Below the pieces are notes generated by a model, which saw nothing but the letters and a program-made list of their open reading frames with translations, ran no database searches and was not told where the DNA came from. Below, in pieces: positions 28,233-36,938 of a stretch of 48,953 nucleotides of DNA. The stretch lies in IMG/VR virus record IMGVR_UViG_2579778802_000015; one strand, written 5' to 3'. Source of the stretch: a virus. Its lineage: Duplodnaviria; Heunggongvirae; Uroviricota; Caudoviricetes. The translations under genes and the position numbers were made by a program. Position 1 is the stretch's first letter, and each line of letters starts with the position of its first letter.

Positions 28233-28560
28233 CTCGTAGAGCAAAATGCTGTTACGCAAACTTCGTTACAGGGTTATCCTGCAATACTTAAAATATACAA
28301 TATTTAGAAAACTAATAGTGCCATATGATATTTTTAAGATTTTGTTATTAATTGCGGTCGCACCTTCCTTTCTGTGTACTTTCCGTATAGCTCACAGGAT
28401 TCTGGGTACAAAAAAACCCGCGCATCGGCGAGTTCGGCTGCGTGGCAATGTAACCACTCTTATCATGATATGCAGATTTTTACGTACGTAAAATACTTTT
28501 TTGGCATCCCACTTTATTCAGGTATGGAATCAAACAAGAGGACCGGGGTTCTACGACGCT

Positions 28561-29154
28561 TTACACCACCTCGGGCGAGGATTTTCGAGCTCTTTTTTTA
28601 CCACATAACAATGTATTCAGTCGGCGTTGTTTGGGGCTTCTGCATGAACGACACCAGCTTTGCGGCCTTTTCTTATTCCCACAAATTCTGAATCCGAATT
28701 TTTTCTCAATTTCCTCATTAGATATAGCGACTTTCCCGCAGAGGGGGCAAGTATGCTTTTTATCACAACCACTTTTCAATAACCAAATTAACCGGCGGAT
28801 TAATGGCTTGATATCATAGATGTTTCGCAAATCATCGTCATGATCGATTTGCGCGTAACTTATCTTCTGTAACATATCTTTCTCCTCCAGACACACCAGG
28901 ACTCCTTGTATGGCGTCCCGGGATGTACGCATTCTGGTGGCAAAAAGAGATATTGATGGTAATGTTTGCGAATCTACGTCCTGGTGAAATGAAACAAAAT
29001 TAGCCAGCAGAAGTAATTCTGAATAGTTTAACTTTAACCTGTTCTGGTATTTCAAAAGCTCTTTGAGGATAACGAACCAGTCAATGCTTAAAATATCATC
29101 ACTCCACAGAGACAGATCATTGTCTTCCGGCTCCAGAAAATCTTCAATGTCCAT
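28561..29154 (-). CDS. Hypothetical 197-aa protein, predicted winged-helix plus C-terminal zinc ribbon
   Basis: AT-rich ORF directly downstream of Q; Cys motifs CPLCG...CRSCRS; basic tail; SD AGGGGG. Confidence 0.6.
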   Translation of the reverse strand: MDIEDFLEPEDNDLSLWSDDILSIDWFVILKELLKYQNRLKLNYSELLLLANFVSFHQDVDSQTLPSISLFATRMRTSRDAIQGVLVCLEEKDMLQKISYAQIDHDDDLRNIYDIKPLIRRLIWLLKSGCDKKHTCPLCGKVAISNEEIEKKFGFRICGNKKRPQSWCRSCRSPKQRRLNTLLCGKKRARKSSPEVV

Positions 29155-29288
29155 TTTGCCCCCTGTTCATTGTTGTTGTATCTCTGCGGTTAAACGGTAG
29201 ATAACTCTTACGTCCTTGTCCTGTAAAGTAAATAGCATAACGTTCACAAATTGACATACTTCACATAGTGAACGACAAGCGCCTGCTA

Positions 29289-29669
29289 TCACAGGCGCTG
29301 CACATATCTGTCCATCTCCAGCCGAACATCCAGCATCATCAGCATTCCTTCAATAACACCTTCAGCTTTTTGCAGCCGCTTTCCGATAGTCCCATCAGAG
29401 CATTCATGTTTTCGCGCCAGTGACATAAACGTCATCCCCCGCACGTAGCAATCAACCAGCAACTCATGCAAATCACTGTTGTTTCTGTTAAGGCGGGCCA
29501 TACACCCGCATATAATCATCGCGTCATCATCACAGCACTGTGGACGTGATTTTACTTTTTCGGGGATCAGCCCCTTAAATCCGGCAGCAATGGGCGACCA
29601 GCTCACATCCTCATGATTATTTGCCACCCATGCACCCCAGCGTTCAAGCACCTGCTGAATATCACGCAT
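29289..29669 (-). CDS. Q: Late antiterminator Q (non-lambda type, Q21/Q933-like family)
   Basis: [24 protein letters not shown]...[16 protein letters not shown]...; start taken at the ATG overlapping the upstream gene stop (ATGCGTGA); an alternative upstream start is at 29774. Confidence 0.8.
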   Translation of the reverse strand: MRDIQQVLERWGAWVANNHEDVSWSPIAAGFKGLIPEKVKSRPQCCDDDAMIICGCMARLNRNNSDLHELLVDCYVRGMTFMSLARKHECSDGTIGKRLQKAEGVIEGMLMMLDVRLEMDRYVQRL

Positions 29670-29862
29670 CAGAGTCTTTCCCCTTATCCCATCCACGGTG
29701 AACCATAAGGACACCGTTGACGACGGCGTGCCGTTTGCCTTCTTTATCACCGACATATTTTCTGACCGTAGCACGATTACAGTTCAGTTTTCGTGAAACT
29801 TCAGTCATATTGCCTCGTGCCTGGATAAGCAATTCCGGTATTGTTTGAATTGTGGCGTTCAT
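29662..29862 (-). CDS. Small HTH DNA-binding protein (66 aa) translationally coupled to Q
   Basis: ...[28 protein letters not shown]... HTH; stop overlaps the Q start. Confidence 0.6.
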   Translation of the reverse strand: MNATIQTIPELLIQARGNMTEVSRKLNCNRATVRKYVGDKEGKRHAVVNGVLMVHRGWDKGKDSDA

Positions 29863-30221
29863 ATGTTCTCCAGTTCGGTGATTTTTATCCCCACTCTACC
29901 GCCAGGCACTTTCACGCCGCGAATTACGCGAATGTCATCGAATTGCACGTCGTCTTCCGCAAATCCGGCGTGGATAAGAGAGTCGAGTAAACCTTTCAGG
30001 ATGTTATCGAGGTCGCGACGGCGGGAATCTGGTGGTTCAGCAATAATTGTGATGCGAAGTCGTGATTTAGTGAAAATGTCTAATCTGAGTTGCCGGATGA
30101 TTTGCTGTACGTCTTTTCGGTATTTCTGGCCTTTATCGCTGATGTAGTACTGGCTTCCCCGTCTTCGCCAGTAGGTATTCACCGTCGGCGGCCAGGGAAG
30201 CACAAACTCATATTCATTCAT
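29859..30221 (-). CDS. rusA: Holliday junction resolvase RusA
   Basis: 120 aa; [22 protein letters not shown]...DSRRRDLDNILKGLLDSL... RusA signature. Confidence 0.9.
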   Translation of the reverse strand: MNEYEFVLPWPPTVNTYWRRRGSQYYISDKGQKYRKDVQQIIRQLRLDIFTKSRLRITIIAEPPDSRRRDLDNILKGLLDSLIHAGFAEDDVQFDDIRVIRGVKVPGGRVGIKITELENI

Positions 30222-30547
30222 GACTTAATCTTCCCCTCCTTCAGCAATATCGCCAGCGTCCTGATCACGCCTTCCAGGTGGTAAAGTCTGGCGTCGTTGT
30301 TGTCGAGAATGCGAGTACGGCGATCGATTTCATTATGGCAGTCACTACAGGCCCATGCAGCCAACAGATCATCTGGCTTTGTTCCCGTTCCGCAAATTCC
30401 AGCCATTCGGTAATGCGCCAGAACTGTAGTTTCAGGGTTGCCATTGCATACGCCATAAATCCGTACCTGGCATTCTCTGCCGCGCGCTTCTTTGCGTAGG
30501 TTTGTCATCATCTTATTCCTCATGCAGTAGGCTATCCGGAGTGACAA
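30218..30547 (-). CDS. Nin-region Cys-rich protein (YbcO/DUF1364-like)
   Basis: 109 aa with CxxC-type motifs; upstream of rusA as in DLP12. Confidence 0.55.
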   Translation of the reverse strand: MSLRIAYCMRNKMMTNLRKEARGRECQVRIYGVCNGNPETTVLAHYRMAGICGTGTKPDDLLAAWACSDCHNEIDRRTRILDNNDARLYHLEGVIRTLAILLKEGKIKS

Positions 30548-30723
30548 TTAAATCTTGCTCGACGCCTTAGCCACCGGATATCCCACAGGTGAGCCGTATA
30601 GTTGAAGGTTTTAACATCAGATTCTTTGGGGACTGGCCTGGGTTTATTTCGGGAGCGTTTGGTTGGAAGGTAATTGCAGTTTTCACAGACGATATCGGTG
30701 ATGCTTCGTCGCTGTCGTCTCAT
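30532..30723 (-). CDS. ninE: NinE
   Basis: 63 aa; [57 protein letters not shown] near-identical to lambda NinE as recalled. Confidence 0.85.
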   Translation of the reverse strand: MRRQRRSITDIVCENCNYLPTKRSRNKPRPVPKESDVKTFNYTAHLWDIRWLRRRARFNCHSG

Positions 30724-31130
30724 TCGTACCTCCTGTCGGTAAATCTGACACCCTGATCCACGGCCCAGGATGTTGTGTACTCAATCAGGCTTGCCATACG
30801 CTTCACGCTCATTTGCGCACTGCTTTCGCGGATATTGACGTATTCACCTTCAAGACCTGGCAAAACATCAGCTTCCTGTTTTGTCGCCACGGCATGACCG
30901 CTGATTAACAAAACTTTCCACTGTTCTGGTTTTAGCCACCTGCCGCACCACTTAACCTGGCGGGATATATCAGCGACCATCGCGTGAAATTTTGCATTTT
31001 GAGCGAGATTACGCTTGTAATCGGTGATACGGATCGTAACGGGTTTGTCTTTATCGAGAGTTGTTGCAAGGATGGCGTTAATGGCGAATTGTTGCTGCTG
31101 CTTACTTCGGAGGAAGATAGTCTGGTTCAT
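30720..31130 (-). CDS. ninB: NinB recombination protein
   Basis: 136 aa; ...[28 protein letters not shown]... NinB pattern. Confidence 0.85.
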   Translation of the reverse strand: MNQTIFLRSKQQQQFAINAILATTLDKDKPVTIRITDYKRNLAQNAKFHAMVADISRQVKWCGRWLKPEQWKVLLISGHAVATKQEADVLPGLEGEYVNIRESSAQMSVKRMASLIEYTTSWAVDQGVRFTDRRYE

Positions 31131-31184
31131 TATTCCCTCTCACTGGATTTTCCCAACAAAAAAGGAGCCGAAGCTCCTTTAGTT

Positions 31185-31886
31185 TCAGAATTCAAATTGT
31201 CTTGCCCGCAGGCTTTTCAGCATTGGCATGGCCCGCTGGATAACGGAACTTGACATGTCGAGACGTGTTACCTCCCTTAGTAGCGCGTCTCTGTTCTTCG
31301 TCACCATGTAGATAGTCTCAAACGCAATGTCATACAGCTTGTTCGTGTATGAGGAGTTCAGCTCTTTCATTATGGGGTACAGCTGCTTGCTAAGGTCCTG
31401 GGCTTTTTCCATCCAGAGTTGCATGTAACAAAGGAGGATGATTTCCTCGGCTGTGAATTGTGGCTGAATCTGCGGCTGCTGTTCGGTTGGTGCTGTTTTT
31501 CCCTGGCTGAAATAGCAGTCTTCCAGTTTTTCGAACACTTCCCACGCCTGATCGGTTTCGAGCATTTTTGCGTGACGGGCTGCGCCGCGTTCTGTCCAGA
31601 GGATGAGGGAGCGAACATTGCGGGCGATTTTCACAGAGTAACTTTCTGTTACCTCGCGGCTAACAGACTCGCTTAAAGATAGTCTGTGCTTAAACTCACG
31701 TAGTTCATTCCCTTCCAACTTAAAGAAATGTTTTCCCTGTACAAATCGCGCAGAGTTACGGGAAAAATTCATTTTTATATTGACTGTTTCAGTGCCATAC
31801 AATTGCGCCAATAATTCTGTAGTAATTACGGGGATCTGGTTGTAGGCAATTGGGGAAAGAGTTTCAACGGAAATTTGAGTCGCCAT
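31185..31886 (-). CDS. ORF6N-domain antirepressor/Roi-like protein
   Basis: 233 aa; N-terminal ...TTELLAQLYGTETVNIKMNFSRNSARFVQGKHFFKLEGNELREFK... ORF6N pattern. Confidence 0.6.
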   Translation of the reverse strand: MATQISVETLSPIAYNQIPVITTELLAQLYGTETVNIKMNFSRNSARFVQGKHFFKLEGNELREFKHRLSLSESVSREVTESYSVKIARNVRSLILWTERGAARHAKMLETDQAWEVFEKLEDCYFSQGKTAPTEQQPQIQPQFTAEEIILLCYMQLWMEKAQDLSKQLYPIMKELNSSYTNKLYDIAFETIYMVTKNRDALLREVTRLDMSSSVIQRAMPMLKSLRARQFEF

Positions 31887-32194
31887 GACAACGCCCTCTG
31901 GTTGATGAATTTAACTATCACCACCGTCAGGTGCAAATCTTTGGGTGGTGAGACGTACAGGGTTTGCACTACCGGATCAACCAACCGGCGAGCCTTTCGG
32001 CTCCCCCATACGCCCCACCATAATTCAGATGTGCGTGTGCTTACGACAACAAAAAACACGCTCGCGGCGTGTGTCTGTCGCGGTTGAATATCCGGGGTGC
32101 AAATCCCGACGCCAGATTTTGCTGGCGTGCGAAGAATATAATCCCGGATATGTGTTGTCGTCAACATACCTTGAATGTATATAACAAATTTGTT

Positions 32195-32536
32195 ATGTTT
32201 ACTCTCATGAACTACATTATCGAATACTACAGTGACGAGGTTGAAGCTGAGATCCTTTCTCTTCCTGAGACCTTACAAGCCCGGTACATTCGGTACACGG
32301 AGAAAATGCGTATTTACGGAGCTAATCTTGGTTCCCCGCATACAGAGGCATTTGGCGACGGTTTGTTTGAAATCCGCCTTAAGGGCTCGGAAGGCATAGG
32401 GCGTGTTTTTTACTGCACGCTAAAAGGAAAGCGAATCATTATGTTGCATAGCTTTGTAAAGAAAACGCAAAAAACTCCACCTGCCGAGCTTAGAAAAGCT
32501 GAAACCAGAATGAAGGAGGTTAAGCATGACTGGTAA
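32195..32536 (+). CDS. Gp49/HigB-like RelE-superfamily toxin
   Basis: MFTLMNYIIEYYSDEVEAEILSLPE...FEIRLKGSEGIGRVFYCTLKGKRIIMLHSFVKKTQKTP...; overlaps the downstream HTH gene. Confidence 0.7.
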   Translation: MFTLMNYIIEYYSDEVEAEILSLPETLQARYIRYTEKMRIYGANLGSPHTEAFGDGLFEIRLKGSEGIGRVFYCTLKGKRIIMLHSFVKKTQKTPPAELRKAETRMKEVKHDW

Positions 32537-32834
32537 ACGTACCCCACCTACCATGACACACGATGAAATGGTAGAAAAAATGTTGTCTAACCCCGCAGTA
32601 AAAGCAGAATACGACGCCATCGCCGATGAATTCGCACTACTTGATGAAATGCTGGCAGCACGAAAAGAAGCTGGCTTAACCCAGGCTGAAGTTGCCGAAC
32701 GTATGGGAACAAAAGCGACCGCGATCACCAGAATGGAAAGTAATCTCGCATCAGGTATCAGCGGCCCATCATTTGCCACACTAAAAAAATTCGCCCGCGC
32801 TACTGGAAAAAAACTCCAGATCCGCTTCGTTTAA
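32526..32834 (+). CDS. XRE-family HTH antitoxin (HigA-like)
   Basis: 102 aa; ...AARKEAGLTQAEVAERMGTKATAITRMES... HTH; 11-bp overlap with the toxin gene. Confidence 0.7.
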   Translation: MTGKRTPPTMTHDEMVEKMLSNPAVKAEYDAIADEFALLDEMLAARKEAGLTQAEVAERMGTKATAITRMESNLASGISGPSFATLKKFARATGKKLQIRFV

Positions 32835-32888
32835 CTCTCCACTACCGCGCCGTCATTCTGGCGGCGCTTTACCCCAGAGAAATATCAA

Positions 32889-33134
32889 TCACCGGATTAC
32901 CACATCCCACTCCGGCTCCTGCCATCTCAAATCCGGTGAATCATTTCTCTCAGGAATAACCATTACGTCCTTTTCCCTTCGCTCCCTTTCTATCGCCATC
33001 ACAGCCAATGCTGCAACCATGATGTATTTTTGTTCGTCGGTTCCTGTTTCATAACGACGCATGAGGGTAAACTCGGGGCGATCAGTAACCTCAATGATTT
33101 CGTTAATTTCTTTAATTTCGCGAGGAATATCCAT
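32889..33134 (-). CDS. Hypothetical acidic protein (81 aa; alternative start at 33158)
   Basis: MDIPREIKEINEIIEVTDRPEF...; SD AAGGAGA; its ATG shares a CCATGG palindrome with the divergent plus-strand gene. Confidence 0.5.
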   Translation of the reverse strand: MDIPREIKEINEIIEVTDRPEFTLMRRYETGTDEQKYIMVAALAVMAIERERREKDVMVIPERNDSPDLRWQEPEWDVVIR

Positions 33135-33807
33135 GGGTTTAGTCTCCTTTGATATCACATGCCCGCACTGTTTAAAAGAGCGAGCTGTTATTGAGGCATT
33201 TGCCGAAAAACAAATTGAAAAAACACCTTTTTTTAACGTCGCTTTTGTATGCAGAAGTTGTCATCGAGGAGGTGTTGCTATTGTTGAAATCCCATCAGAC
33301 CACTATCACGGTCCCATGGCGGAAAGCCAGAAAAAAGACCTCGATATTCTGATTTCAGGAAATAGCCAGTACCGTTTCCGCAAGATCTATCCTGTGGTCA
33401 AAAAAATTACCGCACCAGAATATACGCCCCCGGTTGCAGACCGTACTTTTGTTGAGGCAAAAGAGGATTTACAGAGGAGGCGGTACGACACAGTGGTTAT
33501 TCTTTGTCGCAGAGTCCTCGATATCTCCACGAAAAAACTGCTCGGCGATGAAGCAGGAAAAGAATCGCTGTCGCAACGTATTCAGATGATTTACAAAAAA
33601 GGCCTGATCACTGAACAGATGAAGGAATGGGCTCATATTGTACGAATTGATGCCAATAAAGCAGTTCATACAGATGAAGTTTTCACACCAATTGAGGCAA
33701 GCCAGATCCTGAGTTTTACCGAAATGTTTTTAGTCTACGCCTTCACTCTGCCTGCAATGGTGGAAGCCAGACGTGAACAAAAAAGCTCAGATTCAGCCTC
33801 TATATGA
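33133..33807 (+). CDS. Zinc-ribbon protein with C-terminal DUF4145-like domain (224 aa), candidate defence/abortive-infection gene
   Basis: MGLVSFDITCPHCLKERAV...CRSCHRGG... then ...YDTVVILCRRVLDISTKKLLG...HIVRIDANKAVHTDE...; SD GAGGAA; opposite strand to the nin operon. Confidence 0.65.
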   Translation: MGLVSFDITCPHCLKERAVIEAFAEKQIEKTPFFNVAFVCRSCHRGGVAIVEIPSDHYHGPMAESQKKDLDILISGNSQYRFRKIYPVVKKITAPEYTPPVADRTFVEAKEDLQRRRYDTVVILCRRVLDISTKKLLGDEAGKESLSQRIQMIYKKGLITEQMKEWAHIVRIDANKAVHTDEVFTPIEASQILSFTEMFLVYAFTLPAMVEARREQKSSDSASI

Positions 33808-33839
33808 ATCACTTTTCTGAACACGTAAGCCCCCGTCAT

Positions 33840-34277
33840 TCACGACGGGGAGAACATCAATCCCTCTGCACTCCCTCGCCAGAATGCCAGCACACGCTGC
33901 ATCGTTTCGCTGTTACGGCACTCGCGACAAATTGTGTTGTAGCGTCTGTCGTAGCGCCGTATTTCCCCATCTGGTAATGCCCGGATAAGGTCTGGATCAA
34001 CGACAACCGGTTTCTTCGACTTTGCCCTTGAGAGTTTTTTGCGGGCATTTTGCCAGTCCTTACGAGCCTGTTCAGACGGGAATACTCCGTAACCGGAATT
34101 GTAAACATCACCACTGGCGGCCAGCTCCATGCATAAACGACCGACAGACGCATGACTGACACCAATTTCATCCGATAACTGCCGAATCGTGCCTCGTCCG
34201 TTAAGGCGTACGAATTCCACGATCAGCCCCTTAATTTTTTCCCGCTCTTCTGGTGTAAATGCTCTTGTCATAAGCAC
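33840..34277 (-). CDS. HTH DNA-binding protein (145 aa)
   Basis: ...GTIRQLSDEIGVSHASVGRLCMELAASGDV... HTH followed by a basic region. Confidence 0.55.
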   Translation of the reverse strand: MLMTRAFTPEEREKIKGLIVEFVRLNGRGTIRQLSDEIGVSHASVGRLCMELAASGDVYNSGYGVFPSEQARKDWQNARKKLSRAKSKKPVVVDPDLIRALPDGEIRRYDRRYNTICRECRNSETMQRVLAFWRGSAEGLMFSPS

Positions 34278-34286
34278 CTCCGGAGA

Positions 34287-35057
34287 TCACTTTGTTGTCG
34301 GTGAATGAACCGGAATATCAGCAATCGAACTGAAAATATCCCGGTGTTTATTCAGCTCCCGCAGCGCGGCGCAGACTCGCTCCCACTTCTGAACATCACT
34401 TTTCGCCCTGCGCAGCGCCAGGTTTGCCCTGCGCAGGGACGGAAAAATCAGCTCATCTGCTTGCGTTTCGGTAAACGATGGCAACGACTGCACAATGTCC
34501 GCCACAGTTTCTGTTTTAATTTCTTCCTGTGTTGCGGCTTCCCGGACTGGTAACGCAGCACCTGCTGGCTGAGGAAAGGCCTTACCATCATTTTCCGTTA
34601 CCGGCGCGGTTTTCGGATCTGCTGGTAAATTACCCCCCGGCATGCAGTAACGAAATTTACCGTTCTGATTAACGCGTGCCAGCCGCCCCGTTGCGGTTAC
34701 CACCGCCAGCGTGGAAGCAACCTTGCGAGTGGTAACTCCGAACTTACCCGCTATTTCTTCACAGGTTTTAGCCCCCTCCTGAGAGATAAACTCAATCATC
34801 ATGTCAGCGCTAACTTTTGGAGCGACCTCTTCGGTCAGCATATCCTGTGTTTCAGATTTTACTGGCCGCTCTTCGGTTACCCGGGATTCACCTTCGACAG
34901 CCAGAAACCAGGTGTGACCCGTTTTATCAACAACGCCATTTTTTTTGAGTTCCCACAGTTCGTTGAGAACTTCTTCACGGCTGATATCAAGCCGCGCCGC
35001 CAGTTCAACAGAATTGGCTTTTCCCATCGCTTTCAGTGCATGCAATACGGTTTCCAT
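34287..35057 (-). CDS. Winged-helix protein with two wH-like modules (256 aa)
   Basis: ...SVELAARLDISREEVLNELWELKKNGVV... and ...CEEIAGKFGVTTRKVASTLAVVTATGRLARV... Confidence 0.55.
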   Translation of the reverse strand: METVLHALKAMGKANSVELAARLDISREEVLNELWELKKNGVVDKTGHTWFLAVEGESRVTEERPVKSETQDMLTEEVAPKVSADMMIEFISQEGAKTCEEIAGKFGVTTRKVASTLAVVTATGRLARVNQNGKFRYCMPGGNLPADPKTAPVTENDGKAFPQPAGAALPVREAATQEEIKTETVADIVQSLPSFTETQADELIFPSLRRANLALRRAKSDVQKWERVCAALRELNKHRDIFSSIADIPVHSPTTK

Positions 35058-35082
35058 CGAAAATTTACCTCGTCAAAAATTC

Positions 35083-35823
35083 TCACATACCCTGACGTCC
35101 AACGTTTGACCGCCAGCTCTCCCAGTTAAAATTCACCCAACGACCACCATTCATGGTCATACGGTCCATCACTCGCTCCCCCAGAAGCCTGCTCATCGCA
35201 CCGTGATTCAGGTTAGTCAGCATCCCGACACTGCGCAGTGATGCCGTTCTGCGGTCGACGATCTGGTTCAGTATGACCTGCTCGTTGCGCGTATCCCGCT
35301 GCATGCCAATTTCATCAAGGACCAGAAGGTCAACTCCACAAAGCTCCTGTAAAAATTTTTCCCCGGACTTGCCGTTGTCGTAGCCGTCATGCAACACACT
35401 CATGACATCGGACACGGTGACGATAATCACGCTTCTCCCCTTCGCCATTAGCCAGTTGCCAATCGCTGCTGCAAGGTGATTTTTCCCGGTGCCAGGTTTA
35501 CCGCTGAACACGAAATTCGTGCAGCCGGTATGCAGCTCTGCCGCGATGGATTTTGCCTGACTCAGAGCATGGCGCTGACCGTCGTTCTGCACCCGGTAGT
35601 TCCCGAATGAGCACTTCCTGTGAAGCGGCTGGATGCCCGAACGGTTCAGGATTTTTTCAACCCGCGCCTGATGATTCAGGCGGTTAATTTCCTCGCTGCG
35701 CTTACGGCCCTCAGCCAGTTGCCATTCCCGCCATTCGTCGGTCGTCCGGAACGGTGCTGCCACGTGCGGTGGTGCCAGACGGCGCACCCGTTCAAGAATC
35801 CCTCCTGTCGAAATGTTTTTCAT
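35083..35823 (-). CDS. DnaC-family helicase loader (AAA+ ATPase)
   Basis: 246 aa; Walker A GKPGTGKNHLAAA, Walker B DLLVLDEIG. Confidence 0.9.
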   Translation of the reverse strand: MKNISTGGILERVRRLAPPHVAAPFRTTDEWREWQLAEGRKRSEEINRLNHQARVEKILNRSGIQPLHRKCSFGNYRVQNDGQRHALSQAKSIAAELHTGCTNFVFSGKPGTGKNHLAAAIGNWLMAKGRSVIIVTVSDVMSVLHDGYDNGKSGEKFLQELCGVDLLVLDEIGMQRDTRNEQVILNQIVDRRTASLRSVGMLTNLNHGAMSRLLGERVMDRMTMNGGRWVNFNWESWRSNVGRQGM

Positions 35824-35829
35824 GGCTGA

Positions 35830-36918
35830 TTACCCCCTGAAACCCGGCGGAATTTCGGTGTCCGGTTCAGAAATGTGATTCACGCAACGCAGGCTGACTG
35901 CGCCAGCCTTCGGCAGCGACCACGGATTTTCGAAATTCCTGTTCGGGCCAAAAAACGTCGATGCCTGCTGAACAAATTCAGTTCCCGCTTTCCCGGTAGC
36001 CTCCAGGTATCTTGCGTAACGCCTCACGCCATCCAGCACGACATCCGGTGACACCCCTTCGCGTAATCTGGCCCTCCAGGCATTGAACGCGGATTTCTTC
36101 GGGTTTGACCCTGCCCGATGCGGATATTCACGCCAGACCCGTTCGAACACGTCAGGATAATCAACTCGTCCCGCAGACGGTCCCGGCATCGCCCGGGTTA
36201 ACCCAATCGGCTTCCCGCTCATCGCGGAATCGGCTTCAGGCTGCTGCGGTTGGCGTTGTTGCTCCGGTTCGACGATCAGCACCTGCTGCACACAACGCCC
36301 GGAATCTGCTTCCGGTGTCGTGCCAGCTGGTCCTGGACGTTCAGTCAGAACAGGACAAAAATCCCCCTGCGGGTCCGTGGCGGTTTTTTCGCCATGGACC
36401 AGAAGGGGTTTATCCCTTTCCTGTTCTTGTTCCTGTTCCTGTTCCTGTTCTTGGCTTGAAAGAGGCTCTGAAGGGGCTTCAATTTTCCGACATGATTCAC
36501 GTCTGACATCCAGGTGGAAATCATCCTTATATCTATCATAAAAGGATGATAAAAAAGGATTTTCCAGCAACACGGAATATTCATTTCTTACCCCAGCACA
36601 ACGGTTATCGCCAGGTTTCAGCGATTCACCAACCTGCCATGCTGCCATTTCATGCACCCATACAACCTCAGAATCATGGTCATAGCTGCAAAAACCAGCC
36701 TCGCAAGCCATTTGAAGCCCCTTAGAAGCCCCTTCAGGATCAAGTCCGGTTTCGTGAGCAATGTACAAAACAGGCAGGTAATAAAGGCCCAGCATATTGG
36801 AATGAGGCGAGGTCATCATATACAACGCCACTACCATACATTCCGGACCAGACTTCCTTAGTTTTCTCCCTGTTTCGCCTAACCAGAACTGAGGTGAAAT
36901 TGTTGCGTAATTACGCAT
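35830..36918 (-). CDS. Replication initiation / replisome organizer protein (O position)
   Basis: 362 aa; position of lambda O upstream of the helicase loader; central EQEQEQEQEQE linker encoded by (CTGTTC)n; conserved C-terminal domain. Confidence 0.7.
   Translation of the reverse strand: MRNYATISPQFWLGETGRKLRKSGPECMVVALYMMTSPHSNMLGLYYLPVLYIAHETGLDPEGASKGLQMACEAGFCSYDHDSEVVWVHEMAAWQVGESLKPGDNRCAGVRNEYSVLLENPFLSSFYDRYKDDFHLDVRRESCRKIEAPSEPLSSQEQEQEQEQEQERDKPLLVHGEKTATDPQGDFCPVLTERPGPAGTTPEADSGRCVQQVLIVEPEQQRQPQQPEADSAMSGKPIGLTRAMPGPSAGRVDYPDVFERVWREYPHRAGSNPKKSAFNAWRARLREGVSPDVVLDGVRRYARYLEATGKAGTEFVQQASTFFGPNRNFENPWSLPKAGAVSLRCVNHISEPDTEIPPGFRG
36418..36452. repeat. Hexanucleotide tandem repeat (CTGTTC-like, about 6 copies) inside the replication initiator gene
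   Basis: cctgttcttgttcctgttcctgttcctgttcttg read directly. Confidence 0.8.
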
Positions 36919-36938
36919 AGTCCCCTCGCATACAAGAT

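Noticed and set aside
27235-28560. Possible tRNA genes (ileZ/argN/argO-like) expected downstream of Q in Stx-type phages
   Set aside because: No canonical T-loop (GTTCGAATC-like) or cloverleaf could be found by eye on either strand; the hairpins look like terminators or sRNA-type stems. Not excluded without tRNAscan-SE.
27235-29288. Shiga toxin genes stxA/stxB between Q and nanS-p
   Set aside because: No ORF of suitable size or signal-peptide character exists; the interval holds only the 197-aa ORF and non-coding sequence.
36250-36541. Plus-strand ORFs with FLFLFL or SCSCSC translations
   Set aside because: Frame artefacts of the (CTGTTC)n hexamer repeat inside the minus-strand replication gene.
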